A DNA stretch of 61,511 nt, filler included, from Deltaproteobacteria bacterium (GTDB taxonomy: Bacteria; JAUYMQ01): assembly GCA_030698575.1 (NCBI GenBank). It is 12 parts of 12 records of this genome, joined end to end, with 100 filler letters (N's around TTAATTAATTAA, not from the genome) between each part and the next. Parts side by side here need not be neighbours in the genome. Positions count along the whole stretch, not along the records: positions 1 to 8,222 come from JAUYMQ010000225.1; positions 8,323 to 11,303 come from JAUYMQ010000232.1; 10 more parts are not named here. One strand, 5' to 3'. The notes below the pieces were generated by a model that was not told where the DNA came from, ran no database searches, and was given only the letters and a program-made list of their open reading frames with translations. Numbering within the stretch: the stretch's first letter is position 1; the number at the start of each line of letters is the position of its first letter. Position numbers and translations under genes: made by a program. Positions 1 to 9,485 of the stretch are shown here, piece after piece.

Positions 1-213
1 AACCGCGGCTATGGTTTCCGTGAGGGGCTCGCCTTCGCGATCGGCGCGGGGCTCGGCCTGACGCTGGCGCTCGTGCTCATGGCCTCGATCCGCGAGAGCG
101 TCGACTTCGCCGATGTCCCGGATGTCGCCAAGGGCACGGCGCTGGTGCTCCTCATCGCCGGCAGCCTCTCGCTGGCCTTCATGGGCTTCGCGGGGCTGCT
201 CTCCTCGGCGTGA
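1..213 (+). CDS. Rnf/Nqr electron transport complex membrane subunit (RnfA/NqrE family), 3' part
   Basis: Frame 1 reads ...FAIGAGLGLTLALVLMASIRESVDFADVP...LLIAGSLSLAFMGFAGL*, the typical RnfA/NqrE C-terminus; 5' end lies outside the window. Confidence 0.85.
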   Translation, partial: NRGYGFREGLAFAIGAGLGLTLALVLMASIRESVDFADVPDVAKGTALVLLIAGSLSLAFMGFAGLLSSA

Positions 214-220
214 ACCGGCC

Positions 221-541
221 ATGACCGCGATCCTGGGCATCCTCGCCCTCGCCGTGCTCTTCGCGCTGTTCGGACTCTTCATGCGCGGGCGCCAGCGGGA
301 GTGCGGAAGCGGCTCATCGTGCGCAGCCCTGGGCCCGGACGGCGTCTGCCCGGCGAACCCCGACGCGTGCCAGGCGATCGCGGTGCGCGCTGCCCAAGCA
401 AACCCACCGCTCCGCTCACGACCCGGGGTCACGGCGCTGGACGTCGGCGCCGCGCAGCTCCGGCGATCCCTTCGGACCCGGATGCGGCCGGGAGGACGTA
501 CATCCATGGAGGACAATGGACATGCCGGACCGCACGGTTGA
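221..541 (+). CDS. small membrane-anchored Cys-rich protein
   Basis: ATG at 221, N-terminal hydrophobic helix, then C-x5-C-x8-C-x6-C; the C-terminal tail may not be genuine. Confidence 0.5.
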   Translation: MTAILGILALAVLFALFGLFMRGRQRECGSGSSCAALGPDGVCPANPDACQAIAVRAAQANPPLRSRPGVTALDVGAAQLRRSLRTRMRPGGRTSMEDNGHAGPHG

Positions 542-3002
542 GCTCCCGATCCGGGGCATGAGCTGCGCGTCGTGCGTGGCCAAGATCGAATCGACGCTGG
601 CGCGGCAACCCGGAGTGGTGCAGGCCACCGTCAACCTCGCTACCGAGCGGGCCAGCATCCGCGTCCAGGACGGCGCCACCCCCCGGGGGCTCGTCGAGGC
701 GATCCGCGACCTGGGCTACGAGGTCCCCGGAGAGACCATCACGATCCCGGTGCGCGGGATGTCCTGCGCCTCGTGCGTGGCGAAGATCGAGGAGGGGCTG
801 GCGAGCCTCCCGGGCGTCCTGTCCGCCGCGGTCAACTTCGCGGCGGAGCGGGCCACCGTGGAGTACGTCCCGACCCAGGTGGCGGTCGAGGACTTGCGTG
901 CCGCGATCCGGGATCTCGGCTACGAGGTCGGAGAGGTCGCCGGGGCGGCGACGAGCGCGGAGGACCTGAGCGAGCGGGAGGCGCGGAGTCACCAGGCGCT
1001 GCTCTGGAGGCTCCGCCGGAAGATCGCCGCCGGCGCCGTGCTGAGCGTCCCGGTGTTCCTGGGAAGCTATCCGTCGCTCTTCCCCTGGGTGCCGGACATC
1101 CTCCAGAACTTCGTCGTCCTCTGGATCTTGACCACGCCGATCCAGTTCTGGGCAGGGTGGCAGTTCTACCGCGGGGCCTGGGCCGCCCTGCGGCATCGGA
1201 CCAGCGACATGAACACCCTCATCGCGGTGGGGACCTCGGCCGCCTACCTCTACAGCGTGGGGCTGATCCTCTTCCCCGGGTTCTTCCGAGCCCAGGGCGT
1301 CGCGCGCGAGGTGTATTTCGACACCTCCACCATCATCATCACGCTGATCCTTCTCGGGCGGTACCTCGAGGCGGTGGCGCGGGGGCGGACCTCCGAGGCG
1401 ATCAAGAAGCTGATCGGCCTGCAGCCCAGGACCGCCCGGGTCATCCGGCACGGCAGCGAGACCGACATCCCGGTCGCGGAGGTCGTGTCGGGCGACCTGG
1501 TCGTGGTCCGGCCCGGCGAGAAGGTGCCGGTGGACGGCGTGGTCCGCAGCGGGGCGTCGAGCCTCGACGAATCGATGGTCACCGGCGAGAGCATGCCAGT
1601 GGACAAGAAGGCCGGCGACGAGGTCATCGGCGCCACCCTCAACACGACGGGCTCGTTCACCTTCGAGGCCACCAAGGTCGGCAAGGACACGGTGCTGGCC
1701 CAGATCATCAAGCTGGTCGAGGCCGCGCAGGGCTCGAAGGCGCCCATCCAGCGGCTCGTGGACACGGTGACCGGCTACTTCGTCCCGGCGGTGATCGGCA
1801 TCGCGGTCGTGACCGGGCTTGCCTGGTACGCGCTCGGGCCGGCGCCGGCGCTGACGTACGCGCTGCTCAACTTCGTCGCCGTGCTCATCATCGCCTGCCC
1901 CTGCGCCCTGGGGCTCGCCACGCCCACCTCGATCATGGTGGGCACCGGCAAGGGGGCTGAGCACGGCATCCTGATCCGGAGCGGTCAGGCCCTGGAGACC
2001 GCCCACAGGCTGCGGACGCTGGTCTTCGACAAGACCGGCACCTTGACGGCCGGAAAGCCGGCGCTGACCGATGTCGTGCCGAGCAGGGCATTCATCGCCG
2101 ACGATTTCCTGCGCCTGGCCGCGAGCGCAGAGCGCGGCTCCGAGCATCCCCTCGGCGGGGCCATCGTCGACGGCGCGCGCCAGCGAGGGCTCGCCCTCAC
2201 CGATGCCGAGGACTTCCACGCGGTGCCCGGCCACGGCATCGTCGCCCGTGTGGATGGCCGCTCGGTCCTGGTCGGCAATCTGCGCCTCATGGAGGACCGC
2301 GGCGTCGATGGCGGACTCCTTACGGATGAGGCCGCGCGCCTGTCCAGCGCGGGGAAGACGCCCATGTACGTGGCGGTGGACGGACGGGCGGCCGGGCTCG
2401 TGGCGGTGGCCGACACCCTCAAGCCCAATTCGGCCGCGGCGGTCGCCGCCCTGCATCGGCTCGGCCTGGAGGTCATCATGATCACCGGGGACAACCTCCG
2501 CACTGCCGAGGCCATCGCGCGCGAGGTCGGAATCGACCGGGTGCTGGCCGAGGTCCTCCCGGGGGACAAGGCCAAGGAGGTCAAGCGGCTCCAGGACGAG
2601 GGCAAGCTCGTGGGAATGGTCGGCGACGGGATCAACGACGCGCCCGCCCTGGCGCAGGCCGACATCGGCCTCGCCCTCGGGACGGGCACCGACGTGGCCA
2701 TGGAAGCGGCGGACATCACGCTCATGTCCGGAGACCTCCGCGGCGTCGTGACAGCCATCGCGCTGTCCAAGGCCACGATGCGGAACATCAAGCAGAACCT
2801 CTTCTGGGCGTACGCGTACAACACCGCCCTGATCCCGGTGGCCGCCGGCGTGCTGTTCCCGTTCTTCGGCTGGCTGCTCAACCCGATCCTCGCGGCCGCG
2901 GCCATGGCCACCAGCTCGGTCTCCGTCGTCTCGAACGCCCTGCGCCTGCGGCGCTTCCGGCCGCCCGTCCTGCTGGACCACGAAGGGAGGCGGAACCGAT
3001 GA
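516..3002 (+). CDS. copA: Cu(I)-translocating P1B-type ATPase
   Basis: Two GMSCASC metal-binding domains, [24 protein letters not shown] and MxxSS motifs. Confidence 0.95.
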   Translation: MDMPDRTVELPIRGMSCASCVAKIESTLARQPGVVQATVNLATERASIRVQDGATPRGLVEAIRDLGYEVPGETITIPVRGMSCASCVAKIEEGLASLPGVLSAAVNFAAERATVEYVPTQVAVEDLRAAIRDLGYEVGEVAGAATSAEDLSEREARSHQALLWRLRRKIAAGAVLSVPVFLGSYPSLFPWVPDILQNFVVLWILTTPIQFWAGWQFYRGAWAALRHRTSDMNTLIAVGTSAAYLYSVGLILFPGFFRAQGVAREVYFDTSTIIITLILLGRYLEAVARGRTSEAIKKLIGLQPRTARVIRHGSETDIPVAEVVSGDLVVVRPGEKVPVDGVVRSGASSLDESMVTGESMPVDKKAGDEVIGATLNTTGSFTFEATKVGKDTVLAQIIKLVEAAQGSKAPIQRLVDTVTGYFVPAVIGIAVVTGLAWYALGPAPALTYALLNFVAVLIIACPCALGLATPTSIMVGTGKGAEHGILIRSGQALETAHRLRTLVFDKTGTLTAGKPALTDVVPSRAFIADDFLRLAASAERGSEHPLGGAIVDGARQRGLALTDAEDFHAVPGHGIVARVDGRSVLVGNLRLMEDRGVDGGLLTDEAARLSSAGKTPMYVAVDGRAAGLVAVADTLKPNSAAAVAALHRLGLEVIMITGDNLRTAEAIAREVGIDRVLAEVLPGDKAKEVKRLQDEGKLVGMVGDGINDAPALAQADIGLALGTGTDVAMEAADITLMSGDLRGVVTAIALSKATMRNIKQNLFWAYAYNTALIPVAAGVLFPFFGWLLNPILAAAAMATSSVSVVSNALRLRRFRPPVLLDHEGRRNR

Positions 3003-3289
3003 AACCCCTGAACCTCACCGTGATCGGCCTGACGCTCGGGCTCCTCAGCGCCATCACCTTCACCCTCTGTATCCTCTGGGATCTGGCCCTGCCCGCGTAT
3101 TCCATGATGCGCGTCTGGGAACTGGTGCTTCCGGGCTTTCGCGGGATCACCCCCGCGAGCTTCGTCCTCGGGCTCGCCGAAAGCTTCCTCTACGGCGTCT
3201 ACGCGGCGCTGGTGTTCGTGCCGCTCTACAACTGGCTGTCGCGGCGAATTGGCGCACAGCCCGCGACAGGAGGGATGAGACATGACTGA
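2999..3289 (+). CDS. DUF5676-like small membrane protein
   Basis: Hydrophobic 96 aa protein with LPGF..I...SF.LGL.ESFLYG.Y pattern; ATGA overlap with copA. Confidence 0.7.
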   Translation: MKPLNLTVIGLTLGLLSAITFTLCILWDLALPAYSMMRVWELVLPGFRGITPASFVLGLAESFLYGVYAALVFVPLYNWLSRRIGAQPATGGMRHD

Positions 3290-3524
3290 ATGGATCACGG
3301 CGAACTGGATCTGGATCGTGCTCGCGCTCGGCGCGGGGTGGTTTCTCCTGCGCCGCGGCGGCGCGGGCTGCGGGATGGGCGGCCACGGACGTCATGACCA
3401 GTCGGCGCCCGTGGCGAAGGGTCTCGACACGGATAGGTCACCTTCGACCGTCACCCATGACGAGCAGCTGACGAAGGGCGCGAGCTCCGCAGGCACGCCC
3501 CGCCGGCGTGGGGGGTGCTGCTGA
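3282..3524 (+). CDS. small membrane protein with Cys/His motifs (DUF2933-like)
   Basis: EWI..NW TM helix, GCGMGGHGRH and C-terminal GGCC; overlaps the upstream gene. Confidence 0.6.
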   Translation: MTEWITANWIWIVLALGAGWFLLRRGGAGCGMGGHGRHDQSAPVAKGLDTDRSPSTVTHDEQLTKGASSAGTPRRRGGCC

Positions 3525-3606
3525 GCGGGAGCCCCGGCCGCGGCGCCCCGGAATGAGCCGGGCCGCCCGAGGTGGATGGAACCATCACACCGAGAGGAGG
3601 TCAATC

Positions 3607-3774
3607 ATGACAAAGGATCCTGTGTGCGGGATGGAGGTCGACGAGAAGAAGGCTGCGGCGACGGCGACCCATGAGGGGAAGACCTATCACTTCTGCGCCG
3701 CTGGCTGCAAGAACAGCTTCGAGAAGAACCCGCAGAAGTATCTCGGCAGCCAGGGCGGTCACTCCGCCCACTGA
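3607..3774 (+). CDS. YHS domain metal-binding protein
   Basis: MTKDPVCGMEVD...GKTYHFCAAGCKNSFEKNPQKY; GGAGG RBS upstream. Confidence 0.9.
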   Translation: MTKDPVCGMEVDEKKAAATATHEGKTYHFCAAGCKNSFEKNPQKYLGSQGGHSAH

Positions 3775-3961
3775 ACATCCGGGGAAGGGGTTCGGGGGCC
3801 CTCGCCGACGATCGGGGGACTGGCCCCCTTGGGCTGACAGAATGTCGGACGTCCCGGCCGCACGCGTCCCCGGCTGACGTTCCGTCAGAGACGTCGTGCG
3901 AGGCCTCCCGAGCCCCTCCCCGCAAGCGCGCAGATCTTTGGCTCTTTCCTATTCCGGACTT

Positions 3962-3977
3962 TGGCATTCCCGTTGCT
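3962..3977 (+). promoter_or_regulatory. putative sigma-54 (-24/-12) promoter
   Basis: TGGCATT-CCCG-TTGCT, with correct GG/GC spacing, about 80 nt upstream of the cupredoxin gene. Confidence 0.55.
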
Positions 3978-4054
3978 TCTGCATGTTCTTGCCGGAGACG
4001 GGCTGGCCGAGCAGGCGTCTTCGTCCTGCCATGAACACGAGACGGAGGTGACCG

Positions 4055-4498
4055 ATGGGACATGGGCAGAGGCGGAACAAGCGGGCGAAGCGATGGAAGC
4101 GCAACGCGTACATTCTTATCGTCGGGACGGCGGTCGTCACCGTGGCCTGGCTGGTGGCGCCGGCGGCGCGTGATACAGGCCCGGTGCCGCCCGGCGGGCA
4201 AGTCGTCGACATCGACGGCACGATGGGCGGGTTCTCCATGCAGGAGATCCGCGCCAAGGCCGGGCGGCCGCTGACCGTGCGCCTCACCAGCGTGGACACC
4301 CAGTTCCACACGGACGGCGGCGGCAAGCACCAGTTCGCCATCGACGGGCTGGGCGTCAACATCATCGCTCCCCCGAAGGGCACGCGATGGGCGACGTTCA
4401 CGCCGGCGACGCCGGGAGTCTACGAGTACTACTGCGACGTGTGCTGCGGCGGCCGCGCGAACCCGACGATGCAGGGGCGACTCATCGTGGAGGCGTAG
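4055..4498 (+). CDS. membrane-anchored cupredoxin domain protein
   Basis: TM anchor, HQF and PGVYEYYCDVCCGGRANPTMQGRLIVE cupredoxin-type C-terminus. Confidence 0.8.
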   Translation: MGHGQRRNKRAKRWKRNAYILIVGTAVVTVAWLVAPAARDTGPVPPGGQVVDIDGTMGGFSMQEIRAKAGRPLTVRLTSVDTQFHTDGGGKHQFAIDGLGVNIIAPPKGTRWATFTPATPGVYEYYCDVCCGGRANPTMQGRLIVEA

Positions 4499-4501
4499 CA
4501 C

Positions 4502-5311
4502 ATGCGCGCCGCCCGCGTCCTGACCTTCTCCGTCCTGGCGGTCGCCGCGCTCGGCGTGGCCGCGTGGCTCGGCCTCGGGCGGCCGCCGACACCGGCGTTC
4601 ACGGGGCTGCCGCCTGTGGTCACGCTTGGCACCGTCGTCGTCGCCGGCTTCGCCGACGGCTTCAACCCGTGCGCCTTCACGGTCCTGCTCCTGTTCGTCG
4701 CCTCTCTGCTGGCAGCCGCGCAGCTCCGCACGGGGGAGGGCGCCGTGGCGGTGCGGGGACGCGTGCTCGGGCTCGGGTCGATCTACGTCGCGGCGGTCTT
4801 CCTCACCTATCTGGCGCTCGGCCTCGGCCTCCTGGCCACCAGCGCCATGTTCACCCAGGCCCATGTCCCGGCCCGCATGGCGGCCGTGCTGTCCATCGCC
4901 CTCGGGCTCTGGATGTTGAAGGACTACTTCATCCCGGACCTCGGGGTCCGCCTTCAGGCGCCCGCCGCGGTCGGCGAGTGGGCACGGGCGTCGGCCCGTC
5001 GCATGACGGTGCCCGGTCTCGTCGCCGGCGGTATCCTCATCGGGCTCTGCACCGTTCCGTGCAGTGGCGCCGTCTACCTCGCGGTGCTCTCGCTGCTGGC
5101 CGCTCAGGCGGACCGCCTGGCCGGCTTCGGCTATCTCCTCCTCTACAACCTGATGTTCATCCTGCCACTGGCCGCGCTCCTCGTCGCCGCCTCCTCCCGC
5201 CCCGTGCTGGCCCGCCTCGCCCGGTGGAACCTCGCGCACCGGGAGCGGATACGCCTCGGGCTCGGGACGGGCGTCGTGCTGCTGGGCTTCGCCATCCTGG
5301 TCACGGTGTGA
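4502..5311 (+). CDS. CcdA/DsbD-like transmembrane thiol-redox protein
   Basis: Multi-TM protein with ADGFNPCAF and LCTVPCSGAVY Pro-Cys motifs. Confidence 0.8.
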   Translation: MRAARVLTFSVLAVAALGVAAWLGLGRPPTPAFTGLPPVVTLGTVVVAGFADGFNPCAFTVLLLFVASLLAAAQLRTGEGAVAVRGRVLGLGSIYVAAVFLTYLALGLGLLATSAMFTQAHVPARMAAVLSIALGLWMLKDYFIPDLGVRLQAPAAVGEWARASARRMTVPGLVAGGILIGLCTVPCSGAVYLAVLSLLAAQADRLAGFGYLLLYNLMFILPLAALLVAASSRPVLARLARWNLAHRERIRLGLGTGVVLLGFAILVTV

Positions 5312-5814
5312 GCCGTGCGCCCGGCCTCGCCCGCCGCGCGGCCGCGCCTGTCGTGCTGGCGCTGCTCTTCCTCGCGACGGGCTGCGGCCGCCCGCCCGAC
5401 GTCCCGCCCTCGCTGGCCGGCCTGCCCCTCACCCATACCACGCAGGGCGCGGAGGCGCTCGCGGAGATCGGGCGCCTGCACGGCAAGCGGATGCTGCTGC
5501 GGGACGCCTGGGTGGCGCATTACGAGCGCAACGCCGCCGTCGCCATGCTGTATGTGTCGCGCTCGCACCTCGGCCCCGTGGCGCGGTGGCAGTTCTCGCG
5601 CATGGTCGACGGGATCGGGCGCGGCGCGGCGAATACCGAGGGGCGCTTCACCCACCTGAAGGCACGCAACGAGGCCGGCATCCCACTCTATTCGGCGCTC
5701 GGGCTCGGCCAGGTCCACTACTTTTACCGCAGCGGGCCGGCCATCGTCTGGCTTGCGGCCGACGCCGAGGTCGCTCGCGAGGCGCTTGCCGAGACGGTCC
5801 GTCTCATCCGTTGA
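5308..5814 (+). CDS. putative lipoprotein
   Basis: GTG overlaps the upstream stop (GTGA); lipobox VLALLFLATG-C. Confidence 0.65.
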   Translation: MSRAPGLARRAAAPVVLALLFLATGCGRPPDVPPSLAGLPLTHTTQGAEALAEIGRLHGKRMLLRDAWVAHYERNAAVAMLYVSRSHLGPVARWQFSRMVDGIGRGAANTEGRFTHLKARNEAGIPLYSALGLGQVHYFYRSGPAIVWLAADAEVAREALAETVRLIR

Positions 5815-6178
5815 GGCAGCGGAGCCTTCATGACGGTGACGATGCAGTATCGGTGGATCCTCATCCCGGCGGGCGCTCCCGGGTTGGGCGCAGCCGTTGC
5901 GGTCTACGTCCACGAGCGGAGGCGCTGCGCCCGGCTGGCGTGCCGCATGGCCGGCCGCCGGCTCACGCTGGCCCTCCTGATCCTCGCCCCGATCCTGCTC
6001 GCCACATCCACCGCGCTGGACCGCCTCCCCGAGTTGACGTCGGGTCTGATCGCCCGGGCCAGCGGGGATCGCCCGTCAGGGCGGGCGTCCGCGACGCGCT
6101 CCCGTGCTTGACCACGTGAGGGAACGTGTTAGCATCATCGATGGGTCCAGCAGAGTGACGGTGAGCCTCCGAATCAAG

Positions 6179-6484
6179 ATGACGACCAGGGAATTTTCCG
6201 CGCTGACCGCTGTGACGGCGCTCCTCGTGTTGCTCTTCTGCCTCTCCAGCTCCGCTTCGGCTCCCGCCGCCGAGACTGGATGCGCGGAGTCCGACTCCTC
6301 AGTCAGGGTCTGTGGGCAGTCGCGTCTCGCGGATCCCGTCCCAGCCATCGTCCCCCAGGTTTTCCCGATGCAGTGGGACCGGGCGGTGACCGCCTCGCTT
6401 CCGGTGCTGTCGGCTCCCTCGTTGGTTTCGCAGATCCACGCGAGCCCCTCGTCTCCGCGCGCTCCACCCGCTTCGCTCGCCTAG
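6179..6484 (+). CDS. putative secreted leader protein with C-terminal RAPP motif (DUF2946-like)
   Basis: Signal-like N-terminus, Cys residues, ends SPSSPRAPPASLA*; lies upstream of the selenoprotein pair. Confidence 0.55.
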   Translation: MTTREFSALTAVTALLVLLFCLSSSASAPAAETGCAESDSSVRVCGQSRLADPVPAIVPQVFPMQWDRAVTASLPVLSAPSLVSQIHASPSSPRAPPASLA

Positions 6485-6869
6485 CTCCGCTTCAACCGTA
6501 GCCGGCTGCTCCGCCCGATTCGATAAGGTCGGCGTCCGCTCCGGGGTCCCTCCGGCCTCGCGTTGCGCACCCGCCCCTATCCGGCGAACGGCCGGCCTCC
6601 CCCGAGTCCGCGCAGGCGCGTCCGCCGCGCTGACCGCCAGCCGGCGTGCCAAGGGCGGGGGATGGCCGTCGAGGCCATGCGGGCGCCGAAGGCGCAGAGG
6701 TCACCGTTTGCGTGGAGCCAGGCTCACCGGAGAGCACGAGGGCGAGACGGATGGAACAGAGGATCGGCACGACCGGCCGGGTGCGGGTCCGCACGATCAA
6801 CCGCTGCTCTGGCGAGCCGGCCAGCCATCTGGCCGCACAGCTAGAGCAGAGCACAGAAGCGGGGGCGAG

Positions 6870-7775
6870 ATGAGACTGATCACGATGTGGCGGAGTCTGG
6901 TGGGATCTCTGGTGTGTCTGGCCGTGGTCGGCGGGCAACTGCCCGCCTGGGCGGGCGAGCGGCCGTCGAAGGGGCAGGCGAAGCGCGCCTTCGAGCATGT
7001 CCACGCGCTAGCGATGGATGCGGAGGGGCGAAGCCTCTACCTGGGGACGCACCCGGGGCTCTCCCGCACCGAGGATCGGGGCCGGACCTGGCAGCCGGTC
7101 ACGCTGTCGGCGACGCATGGCCCCCTGGATACCATGGCGCTGATCGCTGACCCGAAGGACCCGGGGACCCTCTACGTGGCCACCCACGAGGCAGGAGTGT
7201 TCAAGACGCAAGACGGCGGACGCTCCTGGGCCGAGACCAGCACGGGACTCGGAGGGCTTGACGTTCACGGCCTCGCCCTTGACCCCAACGACCCGCGGAA
7301 GCTGCATGCCGCCGTGCGCGGGCGGGGTGAGGGGGTGTACCGGACCACCGATGGCGGCGCCGTGTGGGTGAGGGTGGACGACGGGCCCGCCGGTGAGGTC
7401 AAGGTCCTCACCTCGGTGAACATCCCCACGGGGATGGGCGGGATCTTCCTCTACGCCGGCACGGCCGAGGGCCTGGTCCGCAATCCGGACTGCTTCTGAG
7501 GGTGGAAGGCGGTGGGCGGGCTGCCCACCAGGCGCACGGTGAACGGCTTTGCGGTGAGCCCGGAGAACCCCAACCTGATGTACGCGGCGATGCGCGACGG
7601 GATCTTCCGCAGTGACAGCGCCGGGGAGACGTGGGCCCGCGTGACGAATGGCCCGAAAAACGTCGCGGCCGTCACGGTCAACCCGAAGACGCCCAGCGAG
7701 CTCTACGCCGCGACGATGGACGGCAAGATCTTCCGGAGCGTCGATGGAGGCATGCGGTGGAACGAGTCTCGCTGA
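6870..7775 (+). CDS. secreted BNR/VPS10-type beta-propeller protein with in-frame TGA at 7497-7499 (candidate selenocysteine)
   Basis: Signal peptide and repeated S/T-x-D-G-G-x-T/S-W boxes on both sides of the TGA in the same frame (NPDCF*GWKAVGGLP...RSDSAGETW...RSVDGGMRW). Confidence 0.75.
7511..7529 (+). promoter_or_regulatory. putative bacterial SECIS hairpin
   Basis: GGTGGGCG-GGC-TGCCCACC stem-loop starting 11 nt after the TGA at 7497. Confidence 0.65.
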
Positions 7776-8222
7776 CAGTCGCGGCCGTCTTCCTCCTCGT
7801 GATCGGGGCGCCTTTCGGCGCGACCGCAGGCGGGGCGAAACACCCGTTCGACGCGATGGCGGTCCATCGCCCCGTCGAGCTGTTGCCGGTGCCCGAGTTC
7901 GTGTTCACGTCCCTCGACGGGCGCGAGGCCCGGCTCACCGACTTGCGCGGGAAGGTGATCGTGCTTGGGTTCTTCACGACCACGTGACCGAACTGCCGGC
8001 GGGAGGCTCCCGCCAAGGCGAAGCTGTACCGGGAGTTCAAGGAACGAGGCGTCGAGTTCGTGGGCGTCGGGTTGCGCGAGAACGCGGCCGCGCTCAGGGT
8101 CTTCGCCCGGGAGTTCGGGATCGAGTTTCCGCTCTGGATCGAGCCGCAGGGCCGGAGCCCCGCCGCCTTCGGCGTATGGGGCCACCCCAGCACAATCCTC
8201 ATCGACCGGGCGGGCACAGTCG
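7757..8222 (+). CDS. TlpA/ResA-like thioredoxin-fold protein with UxxC motif (candidate selenoprotein), 3' truncated
   Basis: GTG start with GGAGG RBS; ...LTDLRGKVIVLGFFTTT*PNCRREAP...GVEFVGV...PSTILIDRAG; TGA 7985-7987 sits at the first Cys of CxxC. Confidence 0.88.
7998..8014 (+). promoter_or_regulatory. putative bacterial SECIS hairpin
   Basis: GGCGGGA-GGC-TCCCGCC perfect stem starting 10 nt after the TGA at 7985. Confidence 0.7.
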
Positions 8223-8322
8223 NNNNNNNNNNNNNNNNNNNNNNNNNNNNNNNNNNNNNNNNNNNNTTAATTAATTAANNNNNNNNNNNNNNNNNNNNNN
8301 NNNNNNNNNNNNNNNNNNNNNN
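8223..8322. other. artificial contig spacer (same type at 11304, 18352, 22954, 26917, 30022, 35479, 38721, 43120, 50459 and 58609)
   Basis: 100 nt of N with central TTAATTAATTAA, which gives stops in all six frames. Confidence 0.98.
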
Positions 8323-8523
8323 ATCGGCGGCAAGATCATCGCCCGCGAAACCGTCCGCGCTCTGCGCAAGGACGTGACCAGCAAATGCTACGGCGGCGAC
8401 GCCACCCGCAAGAAGAAGCTGCTCGAGAAGCAGAAGGCGGGGAAGAAGCGGATGAGGCAGTTCGGCAAGGTCGAGATCCCGCAGGAGGCCTTCATCGCGG
8501 CGCTGAAGATGGATGATGATTGA
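8323..8523 (+). CDS. lepA: elongation factor 4, C-terminal part
   Basis: [62 protein letters not shown]. Confidence 0.97.
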   Translation: MGGKIIARETVRALRKDVTSKCYGGDATRKKKLLEKQKAGKKRMRQFGKVEIPQEAFIAALKMDDD

Positions 8524-8620
8524 GGGTGCGGAACGACTTGTTCTCTTCTCCTCTGAGCCTTAGGAGCGTCCACTTCTCGAGAAGTGTGAGTTTGCTTCGG
8601 ACAATCGTGGTGAAGCGCAG

Positions 8621-9478
8621 TCAGGCTACTGGACGCTGTAGAGGTCCTAGATAAAGCTCGGGCTCACGAGCAAAATCCACCTCTGCTGCAAGGGCGCGGA
8701 GAAGGGCAACTCGCCAGTCATTGCGACCGAAGTCATTGGACAGGCTTGTAGCTGAGGCTTCGAGGAAGGTCCTGAGTGCGGCCTCGCCGATGGTGCCCAC
8801 CTGCAGAATTCCCACCCTTTGTTCTGAGAGATAGGTGTTGATCCGTTTGGGGTAGCGCTCGTTCAGCTTCAAACGGTCAAGCTGGAATTGGAGTTTCGCC
8901 GCAAGGATGGGATCGATGTTGGCAGCATCGATCCGGAAGCTCACTTGAAGGGCACCATCCACATACAAGGCATCGGCCCTCAGGAAATCCTGATCGGGTA
9001 GCGTCTGGAAATAGGGGTGAATGAAGCCCGGCGCAGTGGCGTCGTCCAAGCCGGGGACAATGGCACGTTTAGCGTTGTTGCAGGGATTGCAACTCGGGAT
9101 GAGGTTGCGCGGATAGATCGCCAGTTCCCCGTAAGCGCTGCGAGGAAGATAGTGATCTAGGTCCCGTGGCTCGCCGAATCCGCAATAGGGACAGATGTCA
9201 GCCGAGGCTAAAAGTCGGACGCGAAGGTCAGCCAACCTGCCGCCGACCTGCACCTGATCATAAGCGGCTTGGAGCGCCTGTCTTGCCCCATTGAGCTCGG
9301 GAGGCGCCAGGTCGAGGTGCGGCTGGCCCAGAAGGTCGTCGTAGAGTTGGTAAACCGTGTGAACAGCGCCTCGCTCTACCGCCGACAGCGCATAAACCGG
9401 CAGCCCGTTGGCGTAGGTCAGAGCACGATCTAGAATCGCGTCCAGATCGCCACGCGCATCTGGAGTGAGGTTCCACAT
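8621..9478 (-). CDS. HNH endonuclease (PtuB-like)
   Basis: CPYCG...LDHYLP...NLIPSCNPCNNAK. Confidence 0.85.
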   Translation of the reverse strand: MWNLTPDARGDLDAILDRALTYANGLPVYALSAVERGAVHTVYQLYDDLLGQPHLDLAPPELNGARQALQAAYDQVQVGGRLADLRVRLLASADICPYCGFGEPRDLDHYLPRSAYGELAIYPRNLIPSCNPCNNAKRAIVPGLDDATAPGFIHPYFQTLPDQDFLRADALYVDGALQVSFRIDAANIDPILAAKLQFQLDRLKLNERYPKRINTYLSEQRVGILQVGTIGEAALRTFLEASATSLSNDFGRNDWRVALLRALAAEVDFAREPELYLGPLQRPVA

Positions 9479-9485
9479 GCCCGGA

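Noticed and set aside
429-2981. 850-aa minus-strand ORF and similar long antisense ORFs (e.g. 31973-34585, 51256-53175, 3605-5239)
   Set aside because: Shadow frames of GC3-rich genes with no recognisable motifs
3516-3560. GGCC-TGA end as a possible third selenocysteine site
   Set aside because: No hairpin like the two SECIS candidates follows it, and the frame closes again within about 10 codons
5830-6111. 93-aa ORF after the lipoprotein
   Set aside because: Plausible RBS but no recognisable family; too weak to call
6636-6652. TGGCACG on the minus strand (also at 44981 on plus) as sigma-54 promoters
   Set aside because: The -12 TTGC element is missing at the required spacing
8223-8322. 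Regularly recurring TTAATTAATTAA within N runs
   Set aside because: Artificial contig linker; not a biological repeat or CRISPR. ORFs ending in X...LIN are artefacts.
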